DNA of 64,000 nt, taken from contig NC_058368.1 of the NCBI RefSeq assembly GCF_018350175.1, positions 206,338,001 through 206,402,000 of the forward strand. The letters are read 5' to 3'. The notes under the pieces were generated by a model that searched no databases, had not been told where the DNA came from, and saw only the letters and a list, made by a program, of their open reading frames with translations. This DNA is from Felis catus (Eukaryota). This document shows, in pieces, positions 25,471 to 38,650 of the stretch. Made by a program: the position numbers and the translations under genes. Position 1 is the first letter of the stretch, and each line of letters opens with the position of its first letter.

Positions 25471-27541
25471 CATTACATTTTAATGTATGCAGCTTTTCTT
25501 TTTATCAAAAATCTAATTGAATTAAATTTTAAATTAAAATTTAAAGCTGTGTAAAGTCTGGAAGTCTTTCTAAAAAAATTTTTAAAAAGTCTTTCTGATT
25601 TGGCAAAGATAAAATTATATTCAACATCATTTGACATTTGTTGTTTTATATTCTACTCTCCTCACCCAAATTAGTCTAGCATATTAATTTCTTATATATA
25701 TATTTTTTACTCACTGAAAATGTATTTGGTGATTTTTGTTAAGCATGGATGCCACAAAGAAAATATTAAATAAACACCTTTTGTGGGTGATACACAGAAA
25801 CTGTTTCAATATGTAGTAAAGAGGACTATTTAGAGAGTTCTTTGGATGATCGAAAAGAAGGGCATTTAACTAAATGGGGAAATAGAAGCATTAAAGAGTA
25901 TTTGAGATGATTTTTGGGAGGAGAGGGCATCAGGGCAGAGTCAGGAAAGACACATTGGAATTAGCTGAAGAGCAGGCCGAACAGTGTTCCAGCCGAAAGG
26001 AGGCCAACGAAAGTCATTACTTGGGGCGCCTGGGTGGCTCAGTCAGTTAAGCGTCCGACTGACTTGGGCTCAGGTCATGATCTCACAGCTTGTGAGTTTG
26101 GGCCTGCTTTGGATTCTGTGTCTCCCTCTCTCTGTCCTTCCCTTGCTCTTGCTCTGTCTCACAAATAAATAAACATTGAAAAAATTTTTAAAAATCATTA
26201 CTTGAATTTTTGATAATCCCAGCAAGGAAGGCTGAGGGCTTACACTAAATAGGAGCAGTGACAGTGAGTTAAAGGATGAATTAGAGAATTGACGACTCAT
26301 GTAACCTAGGGCAGGGCAAGTGTAGTCAAGGCTGACTCCGGGATCCTGTCTCAGTGACTCGGTGGTGCTGTTCTCTAAGCCATAGTTGCAAGCATAGAGT
26401 AAGTCTGGAGTGGGAGATGATGATAAGTCCAGTCTGGACATGTGTTAGAGATCTGTGTCAACCTTCTCTGGATTTTATATTCCTAGTTAGTTACCTTTTC
26501 ATTTCCCTTTTTGGTATTCACAGACTTCCCCAATGAGTTGCCAGCATTCGTTGTTCCTACTTCTTACTCCCACTTTGCTCAGCGGTCTGGCGTCCACTCC
26601 TGCCCTTCCAGGAATGCTGTTTGGTCAGTGTCACCAATGATTGACATGTTGCTGCATCTCTCTTAGGTACAACCCAGCACTCTCTCTGTGACAGGCTTCT
26701 CTTTGGTTTCTTTGAAATCACACACACTCCTGAATTTCTTCCTTTCTTTCTCAACTTCTCAGTCATCTTTGCTAGCCCTTCCTTCTCTGCTTGACCTCTG
26801 AATTTTGAAAACTTGAGCCCTGGTATCTTTTCTCTTTCTTATTTACTCTCTCTCTGTATGAACTTAACCAATCCATGGTTTGTTTAATGTATTTGTATAA
26901 TTTTTAATGAAAAGAAAAAGACAGTAACATATGTACATGATTTAAAAAAAAGCAAATGCAATACCAACAAAGGCTATACAATGAAGACTAAATCTTGCCC
27001 TTACTCCTGTCCTCCTGGTCTCTTAGTTCACTTTCCCACAGGAAACCAGTTACCAGTTCTTTGATATCTTGCCAAAGATAATCTTTAGATTTATAAGCAT
27101 GTGTATGTATATATCTTTTAAAACATCATAAATGTTGATATTCTAAATATATACACCATTCTCTCCCTTGCCTTTTTTACTTAATATATCTTAGAGATTA
27201 TTTTGTATAGAACTGGCTTTAAGAAAAAAAAAGGCCATATACTATCCCTTAACCATCCAGACTCTAAAACCAGAGTCTAAAACTAGACTCTATCTAAAAC
27301 CAGAAACCAAACCAGAAAGATTTGGATATGATGGGGTATTTGTATTTCATTGCATGATGTATTAAAATGTATCTTGCCATCTCTTTTTTGAGAAAGATGT
27401 TTTCATCTTTAATTTTTATGAATGATATAGTGACTGGCCTTTCAGAGATAGAAGTGTGCATACATCCAGGTCAGCTCGAAAGAAAGATTTATAGAAATGG
27501 AATGGCTGGGTCAAACAGGATGTGCATTTAAAAAGGCATTT

Positions 27542-27786
27542 GGGGCGCCTGGGTGGCGCAGTCGGTTGAGCGTCCGACTTCAGCCAGGTCACGATCTCGC
27601 GGTCCGTGAGTTCGAGCCCCGCGTCAGGCTCTGGGCTGATGGCTCGGAGCCTGGAGCCTGTTTCCGATTCTGTGTCTCCCTCTCTCTCTGCCCCTCCCCC
27701 GTTCATGCTCTGTCTCTCTCTGTCCCAAAAATAAATAAACATTGAAAAAAAAAATTAAAAAAAAAATAAATAAATAAAAATAAAAA
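27542..27786 (+). mobile_element. Young felid SINE (SINEC_Fc type)
   Basis: Long A-rich tail. TSD taaaaaggcattt at 27529-27541 and 27787-27799. Confidence 0.95.
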
Positions 27787-28973
27787 TAAAAAGGCATTTT
27801 CCCCCCTCCCAAGCCCTTCTCTTTTTTCTTGGAGATATTGTTAACCAAGTAAGTAACAGATGGGTTTTAGGGGGCATGTGCACATGAGCTGATTTTTCCC
27901 ACTTTAAAGAACATTTCCTTACTGGCCTTTGTTTAGAGGTTTGTAATTTTTATTTGTAAGTTTTTGAGAGAAAAAAGTTGTCTTTGTCCCTCACAGAGGT
28001 TTTGAGAATAGTGTTCATGTACATGTTCTTTTATTGTTTACACAGTGCAAATTGAAAGTCATTGTTCATTTGAAGTGGAGCTTCTAAGTGTATCCGTTTA
28101 TGTGCATGCGTTTTGAAGGCTAGCTTGAGAAGAGGACACGAGAGGGCTGCTTATTTGTGTTTCATTGTAAGGATTTTCCCCTTTTCTGTAAGACCTAAAG
28201 TAAATATTTTAAAAGTATCATTCTAGTTGTTAAACAGGTAAGCTAGTTTTTGAGGATTGAACAGCTTAAATATGATTTGTATTTTAGGTGTACATAATCT
28301 TATCAAAGAGTATTAGTGCCATTTGAATTTTTGATTAGCATAAAGATAGCTAGTTTTAAGAACCAAACCAACTGGGAACTGAAGTTATGTTTCCTGTAAA
28401 GCTGGCGGGTCATATCAATAGAAAATTGGAAGGGGAGTAGTACAGACAAGGAAATATAGTGTTTATTTCTCCCCTCATTGGCTTTTTTGTTAATTAAAGG
28501 AAATCAATGAGAATGCTATCTTAAGTCAGACTAACCTTCCTTCTAAGGTGATCTCATTTCCAGTCAGTTTTACATCAAACATAACATGTGTATTATATTT
28601 GATCTCCAAAATACAATTTTCTTCAATAATTATTCCTGGCCCACTTCCTTCCAAAAGATCATTGTAATGGCCAAAGGGTAATTTTTTTCCAGTTTTATTG
28701 AGATATAATTGATGTATAACATTGTGTAAGTTTCAAGTGGAGAATGTGATTATTTCATGAACATATATATTGCAAAATAATTACCACAGTAAAAGATTAA
28801 TTGACACATCTGTTATATAATTCCTTTTTTTTTTTTGTGGTAAGAACATTTAAGATTTACTCTTAGCAGCTTTTTAAGTGTAATGTCTAACAGTAGAGGA
28901 TTTATTTGAATGAATTTTGCATTGAAATAGTAGTAATCACTTACTAAGCATTATGCTATAGAGAGAAGCATTT

Positions 28974-29179
28974 TTCAACGTTTATTTATTTTTGGGACAG
29001 AGAGAGACAGAGCATGAACGGGGGAGGGGCAGGGAGAGAGGGAGACACAGAAACGGAAACAGGCTCCAGGCTCTGAGCCATCAGCCCAGAGCCCGACGCG
29101 GGGCTCGAACTCCCGGACCGCGAGATCGTGACCTGGCTGAAGTCGGACACTTAACCGACTACGCCACCCAGGCGCCCCC
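28974..29179 (-). mobile_element. Young felid SINE with very short tail
   Basis: TSD tagagagaagcattt at 28959-28973 and 29180-29194. Confidence 0.95.
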
Positions 29180-30759
29180 TAGAGAGAAGCATTTGATAAT
29201 TTAAAGACAAAATAATGTTTCATATGTATGATATACGTTAAAACACTTGGAAGAATATACAATAAAAATGTTAACTGTGGTTGTCATCTTTTGGTGAAAT
29301 TATGAGTGTCTTTAATTTCTGTGTGTGTGTGCGCGTGTGTGTGTGCGCACACGCGTGTGCAGTTTCCTTTCTGGTTCTTCTCTATTCGTGTGTTTGGGAA
29401 GCAATTTTTTCTATCAAAACAATTATGTCAAAACTGTCGTCATTTACTCAGGTATAGAATATAAGGAAGGCCAGATTTAAGAACATTTTGTGTTAAAAAA
29501 AAAAAAAATCAAATGCTTTTTGTGAACCAACCACATGTTTTAGTTGCCAGCATAGGTTTGGAGTCCCGGGCCACCATACTAGATGTGCGTGTGCGGATCA
29601 AAGAAGGAAGAGGTCCGCTGGGATCATGCCTTCCTCCTCCTTCCCTTTCTCTCTTATCCACAAGCTGTTGTTTTTATCCCCTTAAGAGTCCACCAGTGAA
29701 GTTCAGACTTTCTCATTTCTTCTTTGTAGATCCCTTTTCATCTTCTTCTTTCCTAGCTTGAGTACCAGGTGAGGCCCATGCATCTCTTCTCTGCCATCAC
29801 TCTTTTTTAAAAGTATGTTTTGCTTAAAGGAGGCTACTTTATCTGGGGGGCTGGGAAAGGAAGGACTATAAGAACGGCATCCTTGAGAGGTTAGCACATG
29901 AATCCAAGCAGTGTGATCTGATAGGTGGTAACCCTACAGAAGCAGCTAGTTAATTAATTCTGATAGTTGATGGTGTTTTAGTAAGAGGAGAATTCATAAA
30001 TAAGAAATTTTAATGGTACCTGAAAAGATACATTAAATGCCTTACTTTGAAGTTCAGTGGGCAGTTTCTAAGCTAACATTAACGTATGAATTATCTAAAA
30101 ATATCTGTGAGTCTCAGATTCCCATTCAGGGTAACTAGGAGGCAGCAGTGGGACACTGCTGTTTAACCAACCCGTGTCCATCACCTGCTGAGCACAGAGT
30201 TTATAGGAAAGTCATGTGGCAGCCATTTAACACCTGTGCCGGCCACGCTTACGGGCATAGCCTGACACCGTGCAGAAGTGTCCGAATATGTGGAAAGCAG
30301 AGACGTATGGGCACTCCAGAGGGATCTCAGAGTGAGATGAAGGAAGAACATTGACAAACAGCAGCCAGTGACACTGCCTGTTTCAACTTTGGGGACCCTG
30401 GCTCTAGATACATGCTTGAATTTGGGAAAATCCTTAATAAAGAAATAATTCTCAATTAACGGAGCTCTCAGAGGTTTGATTTGTGACATAATATTGCGAT
30501 GCAGGCAGAGGCAGAGAGAAACATAGACCATTGGGGCAGCAGATCATAAAAATGAGGTGAATAATGGCCACACTGTTCCTAAACTTCCAGTAGTCTTTCA
30601 CCCAGAGTTCAACAGTTTTCAAACAGGTATTCAGTGCTCAGCAAGAGCCCCTGAAGAAGATACTAACCATGGTCCAGGCAGTAGTTGTGATAGCCTCTCT
30701 GCATGTTCACATTTGGTTTGCTTGGAAACAAAGACTACCAGCTTTTGCGGGGTGAATCT

Positions 30760-31357
30760 TTTTCTGTTTTAATTTTTTAAAGTTTATTTATTTATTTTGA
30801 GTGAGAGAAAGAAAGCTGAGTGGGGGAGGGGCAGAGAGGAAGAGAGAGAATCCCAAGCAGGCTCCATGTTCAGCACAGAGCCCAACGTGGGGCTCAATCT
30901 CACCACCACAAGGTCGTGACCTGAGCCAGTATCAGGAGTTGAACACTTAACTGACTGAGCGACCCACGTTCCCTGTGGGATGAATCTTTAGCTTATAGTT
31001 ATATATAGCCGGCTACTACAAAATAGCAGTAGCCACTGCTACAACCTATCATGGCAGCTAAGGCAGGCTTTGTAAAGCACACTCCCATCATGTCCACCCT
31101 CACCCCTGCTGCTGGCCATGGAGTTGGCTCTGTGGCAAACTTATTTTTTTTTCAACGTTTATTTATTTTGGGGACAGAGAGAGACAGAGCATGAACGGGG
31201 GAGGGGCAGAGAGAGAGGGAGACACAGAATCGGAAACAGGCTCCAGGCTCTGAGCCATCAGCCCAGAGCCCGACGCAGGGCTCGAACTCACGGACCGCGA
31301 GATCGTGACCTGAGCTGAAGTCGGACGTTTAACTGACTGCACCACCCAGGCGCCCCA
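30760..31357 (-). mobile_element. Two SINEs: older 30760-30974 and young 31148-31357
   Basis: The young copy has TSD gtggcaaacttatttt at 31132-31147 and 31358-31373. Confidence 0.92.
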
Positions 31358-31751
31358 GTGGCAAACTTATTTTAAGGTGTTGGTAGCCCATTTGTCATTT
31401 GTCAGGCTGGCGTAAGACCCCTGGATGTGACGTTGTCCGTTTGTACTACTAGTAAAGGAACTCTATAGCAAGGTGAAAACAGAACGTACTTTTTTATGTT
31501 CTTCACCTTTGTATTTTCTACCAAATTTTGCCTTTATTTCTTTATTTCACCGCCCTCTGTTTAAATAATAATCAGTGCATATTAGCCCATATTTTGGTCG
31601 TTATGTTTGGTTTGGACCTTCACACATCCAGTAGGAAATTGTGGAGAAGAACACATACAGAGGAAATAAGGGTCTGGAAAACAGGTAATAATGAGTGATT
31701 CAAGAGAAGGCAGCACATGGATAGGGCTTACTACGCTATGAAAGATATTTT

Positions 31752-31865
31752 CCATGGTTCACAACCTTGGTGTTTATTAGCATTACCTGGTTTAAAAAAT
31801 ATAGATGCCTGGGTCCTATTCTGAGAATATCTGTTTTAGTTGATTGAGGCAGGGGCCAGCTGTGT

Positions 31866-31910
<45 letters not shown>

Positions 31911-31982
31911 TGTTGTGTATTTCTTCCCCTCCAGAATCTCCCTAGATCATTCTGTATGTAGCCAAGAATTAAAACTAGTGGA
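31752..31982. mobile_element. MER5A-like relic containing a (TG)n microsatellite (about 31869-31908)
   Basis: catggttcacaaccttgg...cagatgcctgggtcc-like...tctgtatgtagccaagaattaaaactagtg. Confidence 0.6.
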
Positions 31983-32937
31983 TTATATATTTTCTGTTTA
32001 GTGCTAGAAAGCAGAATTAGTAGCACTGGGGGAAAGGTACAAGATAGAAAGTTTCAGCTCATAATGGAAAATATTCTGGTAAATAGAACTTTCTCCTCCT
32101 ACAGTATTCAAGGATACAAGAGTTAATCACTTGTGAAGGATGCCGTGAGAATGACTGCTTTGGATAACACGAAGGACTCAGTAGTGCCTTCATTTTATTT
32201 ACAAAAGGAAGTGCTGCGGTGCTTCCACAGATTTGGCAGGTGGCGTGCTAAGACCAGCTTTGAGCAGAGGGAGCCTGAGGTGTCTGTGGCACATCTTTGT
32301 GGAGATGTGAGTTGACCACACAGCTTTGGAGCTCACAGGAGAAACCTGACTAGGAGAACGTCGGTGAAAAGGTGGTGGTGGAAACCACCATCTCTGTACT
32401 GTTTATCATTCATTTGACCCCTTTTGTTATAAGCTTGCCGTGCGTTACTAGTCCCCGAGTTCCTGGAATTTACGGACAAGGAAGCTTAAATCTGAAGAAT
32501 CCTTACGCAATTACCAGACAACTTCTTAAATTGTTCTGTGCCTAGATTGCTCAGCCAAGCCCAGGATCACAACTGGATTATAAATTCCTCATTAACGTCC
32601 TTTGCAATACATCTAACATGCATGACAACATTTGCACGTTGAGGTTGATGAAAAAGAGGGAAATTTTGGTGGTGATTTCTCAGCCCAGAAAATAAAATTG
32701 GAAAAAGATTTCTAAGATACCTTTTATTTAATTTATGTTTGTCTTTTTTTCTTTTGCCACCCTTTCCTTTATCTCTTAATTTTCTTGCTTTTGTACCATT
32801 GTTATTATTGTCATCAGTTCTTGAATAGAGCTATTTCTTGATATACAGTTATTCCTTAGTACCTGATTTTAACATCTGGTCATGTACTCTCAAGGATTTA
32901 GTGAAGATAAGATACTAATGTAACTTCACAACTACAG

Positions 32938-33019
32938 GTATCGAGAGGCGATTCAAAAATGGGACGAAGCACTGCAGTTAACCCCAGATGATGCTACCCT
33001 GTACGAGATGAAATCACAG
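32938..33019 (+). CDS. TTC33: TTC33 coding exon 2 (TPR region)
   Basis: ctacag|G acceptor, (R)YREAIQKWDEALQLTPDDATLYEMKSQ, donor CAG|GTAATG. 82 nt, completing the phase-2 codon of the previous exon. Not in the ORF track. Confidence 0.95.
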
Positions 33020-34470
33020 GTAATGGTTATGAAGAATTTCACTTCCATTATGAAATCGTACTATGTTTATATTTGTTTGGTGAATAGAAATGAACCAAAA
33101 TAGCATTTCTTTCCATTTTCTTTCTCAAATATGTCTTTTTAAATGTTTTTCAATATTTCCTTTATAGAAAACATGTCACCATGTTTATTGCTCTGCCTCT
33201 TGCACAACATTAGAAATTCATTTCTTTTCATAATGAAGTTAACTTATTTCAGCCTATGGTAAGATATGAACAGATGGCTATCTTTTAGGAAGTCACTGGT
33301 GATTTCTTAAATAAATGAAATGTGTTTGCTTTCCTTGGAAATTAATTATAGTGGACTGACCAATACTTCATTTCTTCAGAATGAGGGTGGATTGGACTCC
33401 AGATGATATGTCTCTAAAAATGGCCTAGTCCTTAGCAAAAGGTCAGAATAGACTCAATTTATTTTTAAAAATAACATTTGAATTTAAAAAATACATTTCT
33501 AATATTTTGTGGGAAAGTCTGTAAAGAAAATCTCTGAGCAACTGGAGTAAGTTATCCAAAAGATGTAAAAAGTCTCTAATAGAGCATCAAACATATTTTT
33601 GGCAGGGAGTAGTCATGCTTCAGCCTTGATCTACACACCTTACAGGTATCTTTCAGGTAATGATTTCAAACATAGGGCACATTCTTTATCAACTTTGATT
33701 TTAGATCAGCCAAGAAAACCCCAAATAAATTATGCCCACTGGATGAAGTGCTGCGAGGACCTTCATTTGGTTAAGTCTTTAATTTTCAGTCTTGACTAGA
33801 TATATATTAAAGGCAGTATTTGTGGTGAACTGTATGAAATAGATTGTTTAACTTGGAACCTGATAATGACAGTTGTGTTACAAATCTTATGAAATGTGAA
33901 TGGTCCCCAAAATGATAGATAAAATCTAGCCTTTTCCCATAGATTGAAGTGGAAGGTTCTAGAACTCCCTATTTTTCTGCTTTGTATGGTTTGGAGAACC
34001 CAGTTGTGGGGAGGCCTGTGGAATGTTTAAATGTTTTTTGTAGCAGGAAGATGTTTATAGGGTGGTGGTTGAACAAATTTAAATTTGTCTCATTTAACAA
34101 TGAGACCTGGGATCTCCTGAAAACCACATCGTAAATAGAACAATCAGAAGTGGAATTAAGAGTTCAAATTAGCTCTGAGCCACCATGGCTAGAGTATGAC
34201 CACCTTATTTTGACCAGATGGACAACAGGGTTCAGTGACTGAAAAGGAGATGTTTTACATTTTCATAGTTATTTTAGGAATAGGAAGAAGAATATTTGTT
34301 CCTGACCCTGATGGGCAGAGGAGTGGGTCAAAACCACTGAAGTACTATATTTACCAGACTAAAAATATTTTTTTTTAAATGAAAAGATTTGTTTGCATAT
34401 GGTTATTCATTAGTAGTTTGCTAGTTTATGAAAATTGCTGACAGGTTTTATTTCTTCTTTTTGGTTATAG

Positions 34471-34602
34471 GTCCTAATGTCTCTTCATGAAATGTTCCCT
34501 GCAGTACATGCAGCTGAAATGGCCGTGCAGAGAAACCCACATTCATGGGAGTCTTGGCAAACTTTGGGACGTGCTCAGCTTGGATTAGGAGAGATAGTCC
34601 TG
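34471..34602 (+). CDS. TTC33: TTC33 coding exon 3 (TPR region)
   Basis: tttcttctttttggttatag| acceptor, VLMSLHEMFPAVHAAEMAVQRNPHSWESWQTLGRAQLGLGEIVL, donor CTG|GTAATG. 132 nt, phase 0-0. Confidence 0.96.
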
Positions 34603-34782
34603 GTAATGAAGTCAGATTATTATAATGATGAAATTTTGTTTTGTTGTGTTTTTGATTAGCTGAACCAAAAATTAAATAGCTATTTATCATGTCTATGCAG
34701 AGAGTAAATAGCAAATTACCTGTTAAAGGTATTAATCCATAAACACAGATAAAAGTTATTACTGAACATCTTTTCCATTTTA

Positions 34783-35016
34783 TTTTATTTTTTTTATTTA
34801 TTTTTTATTTTTTAACGTTTATTTATTTTTGAGACAGAGAGAGACAGAGCATGAACAGGGGAGGGGCAGAGAGAGAGGGAGACACAGAATCCAAAGCAGG
34901 CTCCAGGCTCAGAGCCATCAGCCCAGAGCCCGACACGGGGCTCGAACTCACGGACCGCGAGATCGTGACCTGAGCTGAAGTCGGACATCTAACCAACTGA
35001 GCCACCCAGGCGCCCC
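34783..35016 (-). mobile_element. Young felid SINE
   Basis: TSD catcttttccatttta at 34767-34782 and 35017-35032. Confidence 0.95.
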
Positions 35017-36649
35017 CATCTTTTCCATTTTAAACATCAATTATATTAGAGTCAGAATATTTTTTCAGGTATTAGACATCATGAAAATTTTTTAAAAATG
35101 GCATTTGGTAAACCTTACTGAAATACATATAAAATAAGCAACTCTTAGGTTAGTTTTTTGCAACATTAAGGTCTCCACTTATAAAGTGATGCCAGTAGCA
35201 CATGGAGACAAAACCCCTAATAGATTATGTAAGGGAAGGAAGAAAGTAGAGTATGGGAGAGTAATGATGATAAATATTTAGACGGAAAAGTTGTCAGGCT
35301 TAGTGAGGGGAAAACGGGGCAGGATAGAAGCTTATGAAAGTGGAAGACTTATTGTGTTGTTTTGTTATTAATTGGTACGTAATGCATTTCTCAACTTGTC
35401 TGGACCATAACTGGTAGGAAGCACAGGCTAAATAGATGAGAGGTGGTTAAGACAATTATCCTGTTTTTGTTTTTCTTTTGGCAGGGCTACATATACCTGG
35501 CAGCTGACTTCCTAAAGAGTGTTTGCAAATCTAATCTAGTACTGGCAGATTTTGTTTGTCATTAACTAAGATTGTTTCAAGGCTTTATTTGCCTTTTACA
35601 GGTAGAAGTAAAACAACAAATAAAAAATTAAAAATGGTTTCTTTAAAGGCTAAGGAAATTACTGGTAAAACCTGAATTTAACTTTACTAACAATGGCTTT
35701 AGTAAGTTATAGATAACTTAGGTTTTTCTGGTACTCTTGTAAATATTATTTCTATTTACCAAAAAGTGTCAAATTCTCAGAAATCATAAATATGGAATTT
35801 TGATGAGAGAATAATTGGTTTCAAGTAACTTAAATATGATAATCCAAAATGAGGTTCACATTGATGGAAACCAGTTTAACCGAAGTCCATTTTCCTTTTT
35901 TTTTTTTTTTTTTTTTTTTTACCTGAAGACTTAAATCATACCAGAGTTGGAGAAAAGAAATTCATGGTATTTTGTTTTCTATAGGTTAACAGGAAAACAA
36001 ATGAAGCTTATTACACAATACTTTCCCCCCATTTCCCCTTTATTTAAAAACTTACAAAGCATTATCACTTTTGCTTGTTAAGTGTCTATGGTAATGTGGA
36101 AAAAAATCTCTAGGATGTAATGTTTAGCAAAGACTGCCCAATGGAGAAAGAAACTCTTGCAGGTGACACAGTAGAGATACTTTCAGCCAGTCGCTAAAAG
36201 TAAAATTGCTTAATATTTTAAGTTGTTTTGAATAAGGGAACCAGTTGTTCAACTCTTATTTTTTTTTCCTGTTGATATGGTTCTGCCGATTAAAATTGTG
36301 AAATTCTTAGAGGGATTAAAAGTGTTATTTTTTTTTCCCTTAGTTAATGTAATTTTTTAGAGCTCTACTTGGAAAAATCGGAGTGTAATTTTTATGTCAA
36401 CTTAAGAGATTCTTTTGAAAGACTGGAATGGTAAGAAAAAAATGACTATACTTAAAATGTCATAGAGGAAGGGTCACTATGAGAAATATATTGAAAACAT
36501 GCTAAAAACTGTAACATCTAACCATTCTTCCTATATATGTATATATTTGGACAAAAACACAAGAAAATACTTACATAAATAGATCAGGTAGTAAGTTAAA
36601 AGTCCATAGTTGGGGATAGCCCCAATAGTAATTATTTAGGTTTTTACAT

Positions 36650-37285
36650 AGAGTTGAGTATTAGAAGTTATCAGTCACTAAGTTCTTCACCTGAAACTAA
36701 TATTATACTGTATGTTAACTAACTGGAATTTAAATAACTTGAAACTAAAAAACAAAACACGCCTGGGTGGCTCAGTCGGTTAAACGTCCAACTTTGGCTC
36801 AGGTCTCCTGGTCTGTGAGTTTGAGCCCCATGTCGGGCTCTGTGCTGACAGCTCAGAGCCTGGAACCTGCTTCAGATTCTGTGTCTCCCTCTCTCTCTGC
36901 CCCTCCCCTGCTCATGCTCTGTCTCTCTCTGTCCCTCAATAATAAATAAATGTTAAAAAAATTAAAAACAGAACAAAACAAAAGTTGGCTGTTGGAAAAT
37001 GATTATGACTTAGTTTGTTCTTCATTTTCTAATTGAAGTGTAAATTTAACTTACCCATCGAGATCTTTTTTTAAATTTTTTTAATGTTTTTATTTATTTT
37101 TGAGAGAGAGAGAGAAAGAGAAAGCAGGGGAGGGGCAGAGAGAGAGGGAGACACAGAATCTGAAGCAAGCTCCAGACTCTGAACTCTCAGCACAGAGCCT
37201 GATATAGGGCCTAAACCCACGAACCTTGAGACCATGACCTGAGCTGAAGTCAGACGCTTAACCAATTGAACCACCAAAGTGTCCC
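36650..37285. mobile_element. Short carnivore L1 3' end (36650-36755 +), SINE 36759-36966 (+), SINE 37066-37285 (-)
   Basis: cacctgaaactaatattatactgtatgttaactaactggaatttaaa is the carnivore L1 terminus. Two SINE bodies lie tail to tail. Confidence 0.85.
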
Positions 37286-37299
37286 ATCTTTCTTCTTTT

Positions 37300-38172
37300 T
37301 TAATGCAGGCAATTATCTCTATAAAATTCCCTTTTAGTTCTACTTTTGCTCTATCCCATAAATGTTAATGTGTTATATTTTCATTCTCATTGGTCTCAAG
37401 ATGTTATTCCCTTTTGATTTCTTTGACCCATTGGTTGTTCAAGATTGTGTTGTGTAGTTTCTACTTGTTTGTGAATTTCCCAGTTTTTCTTCTGTTGATT
37501 TCTAGTTTTATTCTGTTGTCGTCAGAAAACGGGGCTCCTGGGTGGCTCAGTTGGTTAAGCGTGTGACTCTTGATTTCAGCTCAGGTCACGATCTCAGGGT
37601 TGTAAGATCAAGCCCCGAGTCAGGCTCCAAGCTGAGCGTAAAGCCTGCTTAAGATTCTCTCCCTCTGTCTCTCTGCCCCTCCCCCACTCACTCTCCTGTA
37701 CTCACTCACTCTCTCAAAAAGAAGAAAAGATGACATACTTGGTATGATCTTAGTCACCTTAAATTTGTTAAGAAGACTTGTTTTGTGACCTAACATGTGA
37801 TGCTATCCACTTACCATGTGATCTTTCCTAGAAAATGTTGTTTGTCCTTGAGAACAGTGCGTATTCTGGTGCTGTTGGGTGGAATGTTTTGTATATGTCT
37901 GTTCAGTCCCTTTGATCTATAGTGTTGTTCAGTCTCTCTGTTCCCGTATTGATCTTCCTTCTGGATGCTGTCTGTATTCATTACTGGGATTTGGGTATTG
38001 CAGTCTCCTGCTATTACTTTATTTGCTATTTCTCCCTTCACTTCTGTCAGTGTTTACTTTATATATTTAGGTGTTCTGATGTTGGGATGCATATATATTT
38101 ATAATTGTTATATATTCTGGGCCAATTGACCCTTTTATCATTCTTTAATATCCTTTGTCTCTTGTGACAGTC
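37300..38172 (-). mobile_element. L1 ORF2 endonuclease-region fragment with nested SINE (37531-37728 +)
   Basis: Minus-strand translation KGEIANKVIAGDCNTQIPVMN resembles the L1 EN motif IIVGDFNTPL. Confidence 0.82.
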
Positions 38173-38650
38173 AATACATGTTAACATTATGCGGAGCTAA
38201 GCTCTTGGCTTCAGAGGTAGGCATTCTTGGTACCTTCCTGATCGTGGTTTAGTCAAGAAATCCCTAGATTCTTATATTTGCTAGTCTGCAGAAGCTGAAC
38301 AATGCATTTGCTCTGTCTTAAACCATATCCTTAATTGTACTTCAGTGGACTTTTACTCCTCAGCAGTGATGTGTCAGTCACTTTCTTTCACACTTCTTTA
38401 ACTTTTTTTTTCATCATAATCATCATGCAGTGTTAAGGGTACAGCCTAAATGTCTATCCTTGCATTCTAATATGTTTTTTAAACAGATATATATATGTAT
38501 ATATCTTACATACATACATATATATATACATATTAATATATATTATATATTATATCATATATATATATACATATATAGTAAAAAAAAGATATAGATGGAG
38601 ATATTGTGGATTCTATTAAATCCACTCATTTTTTAAAATAAAGCAAAGGA

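Noticed and set aside
27542..27625. tRNA-like sequence with A and B boxes
   Set aside because: tRNA-derived SINE head followed by CT tract and A-tail, not a tRNA gene.
30980..31425. Possible old hAT-type element ending in gacccctg
   Set aside because: Could not identify a matching opposite terminus or family with confidence.
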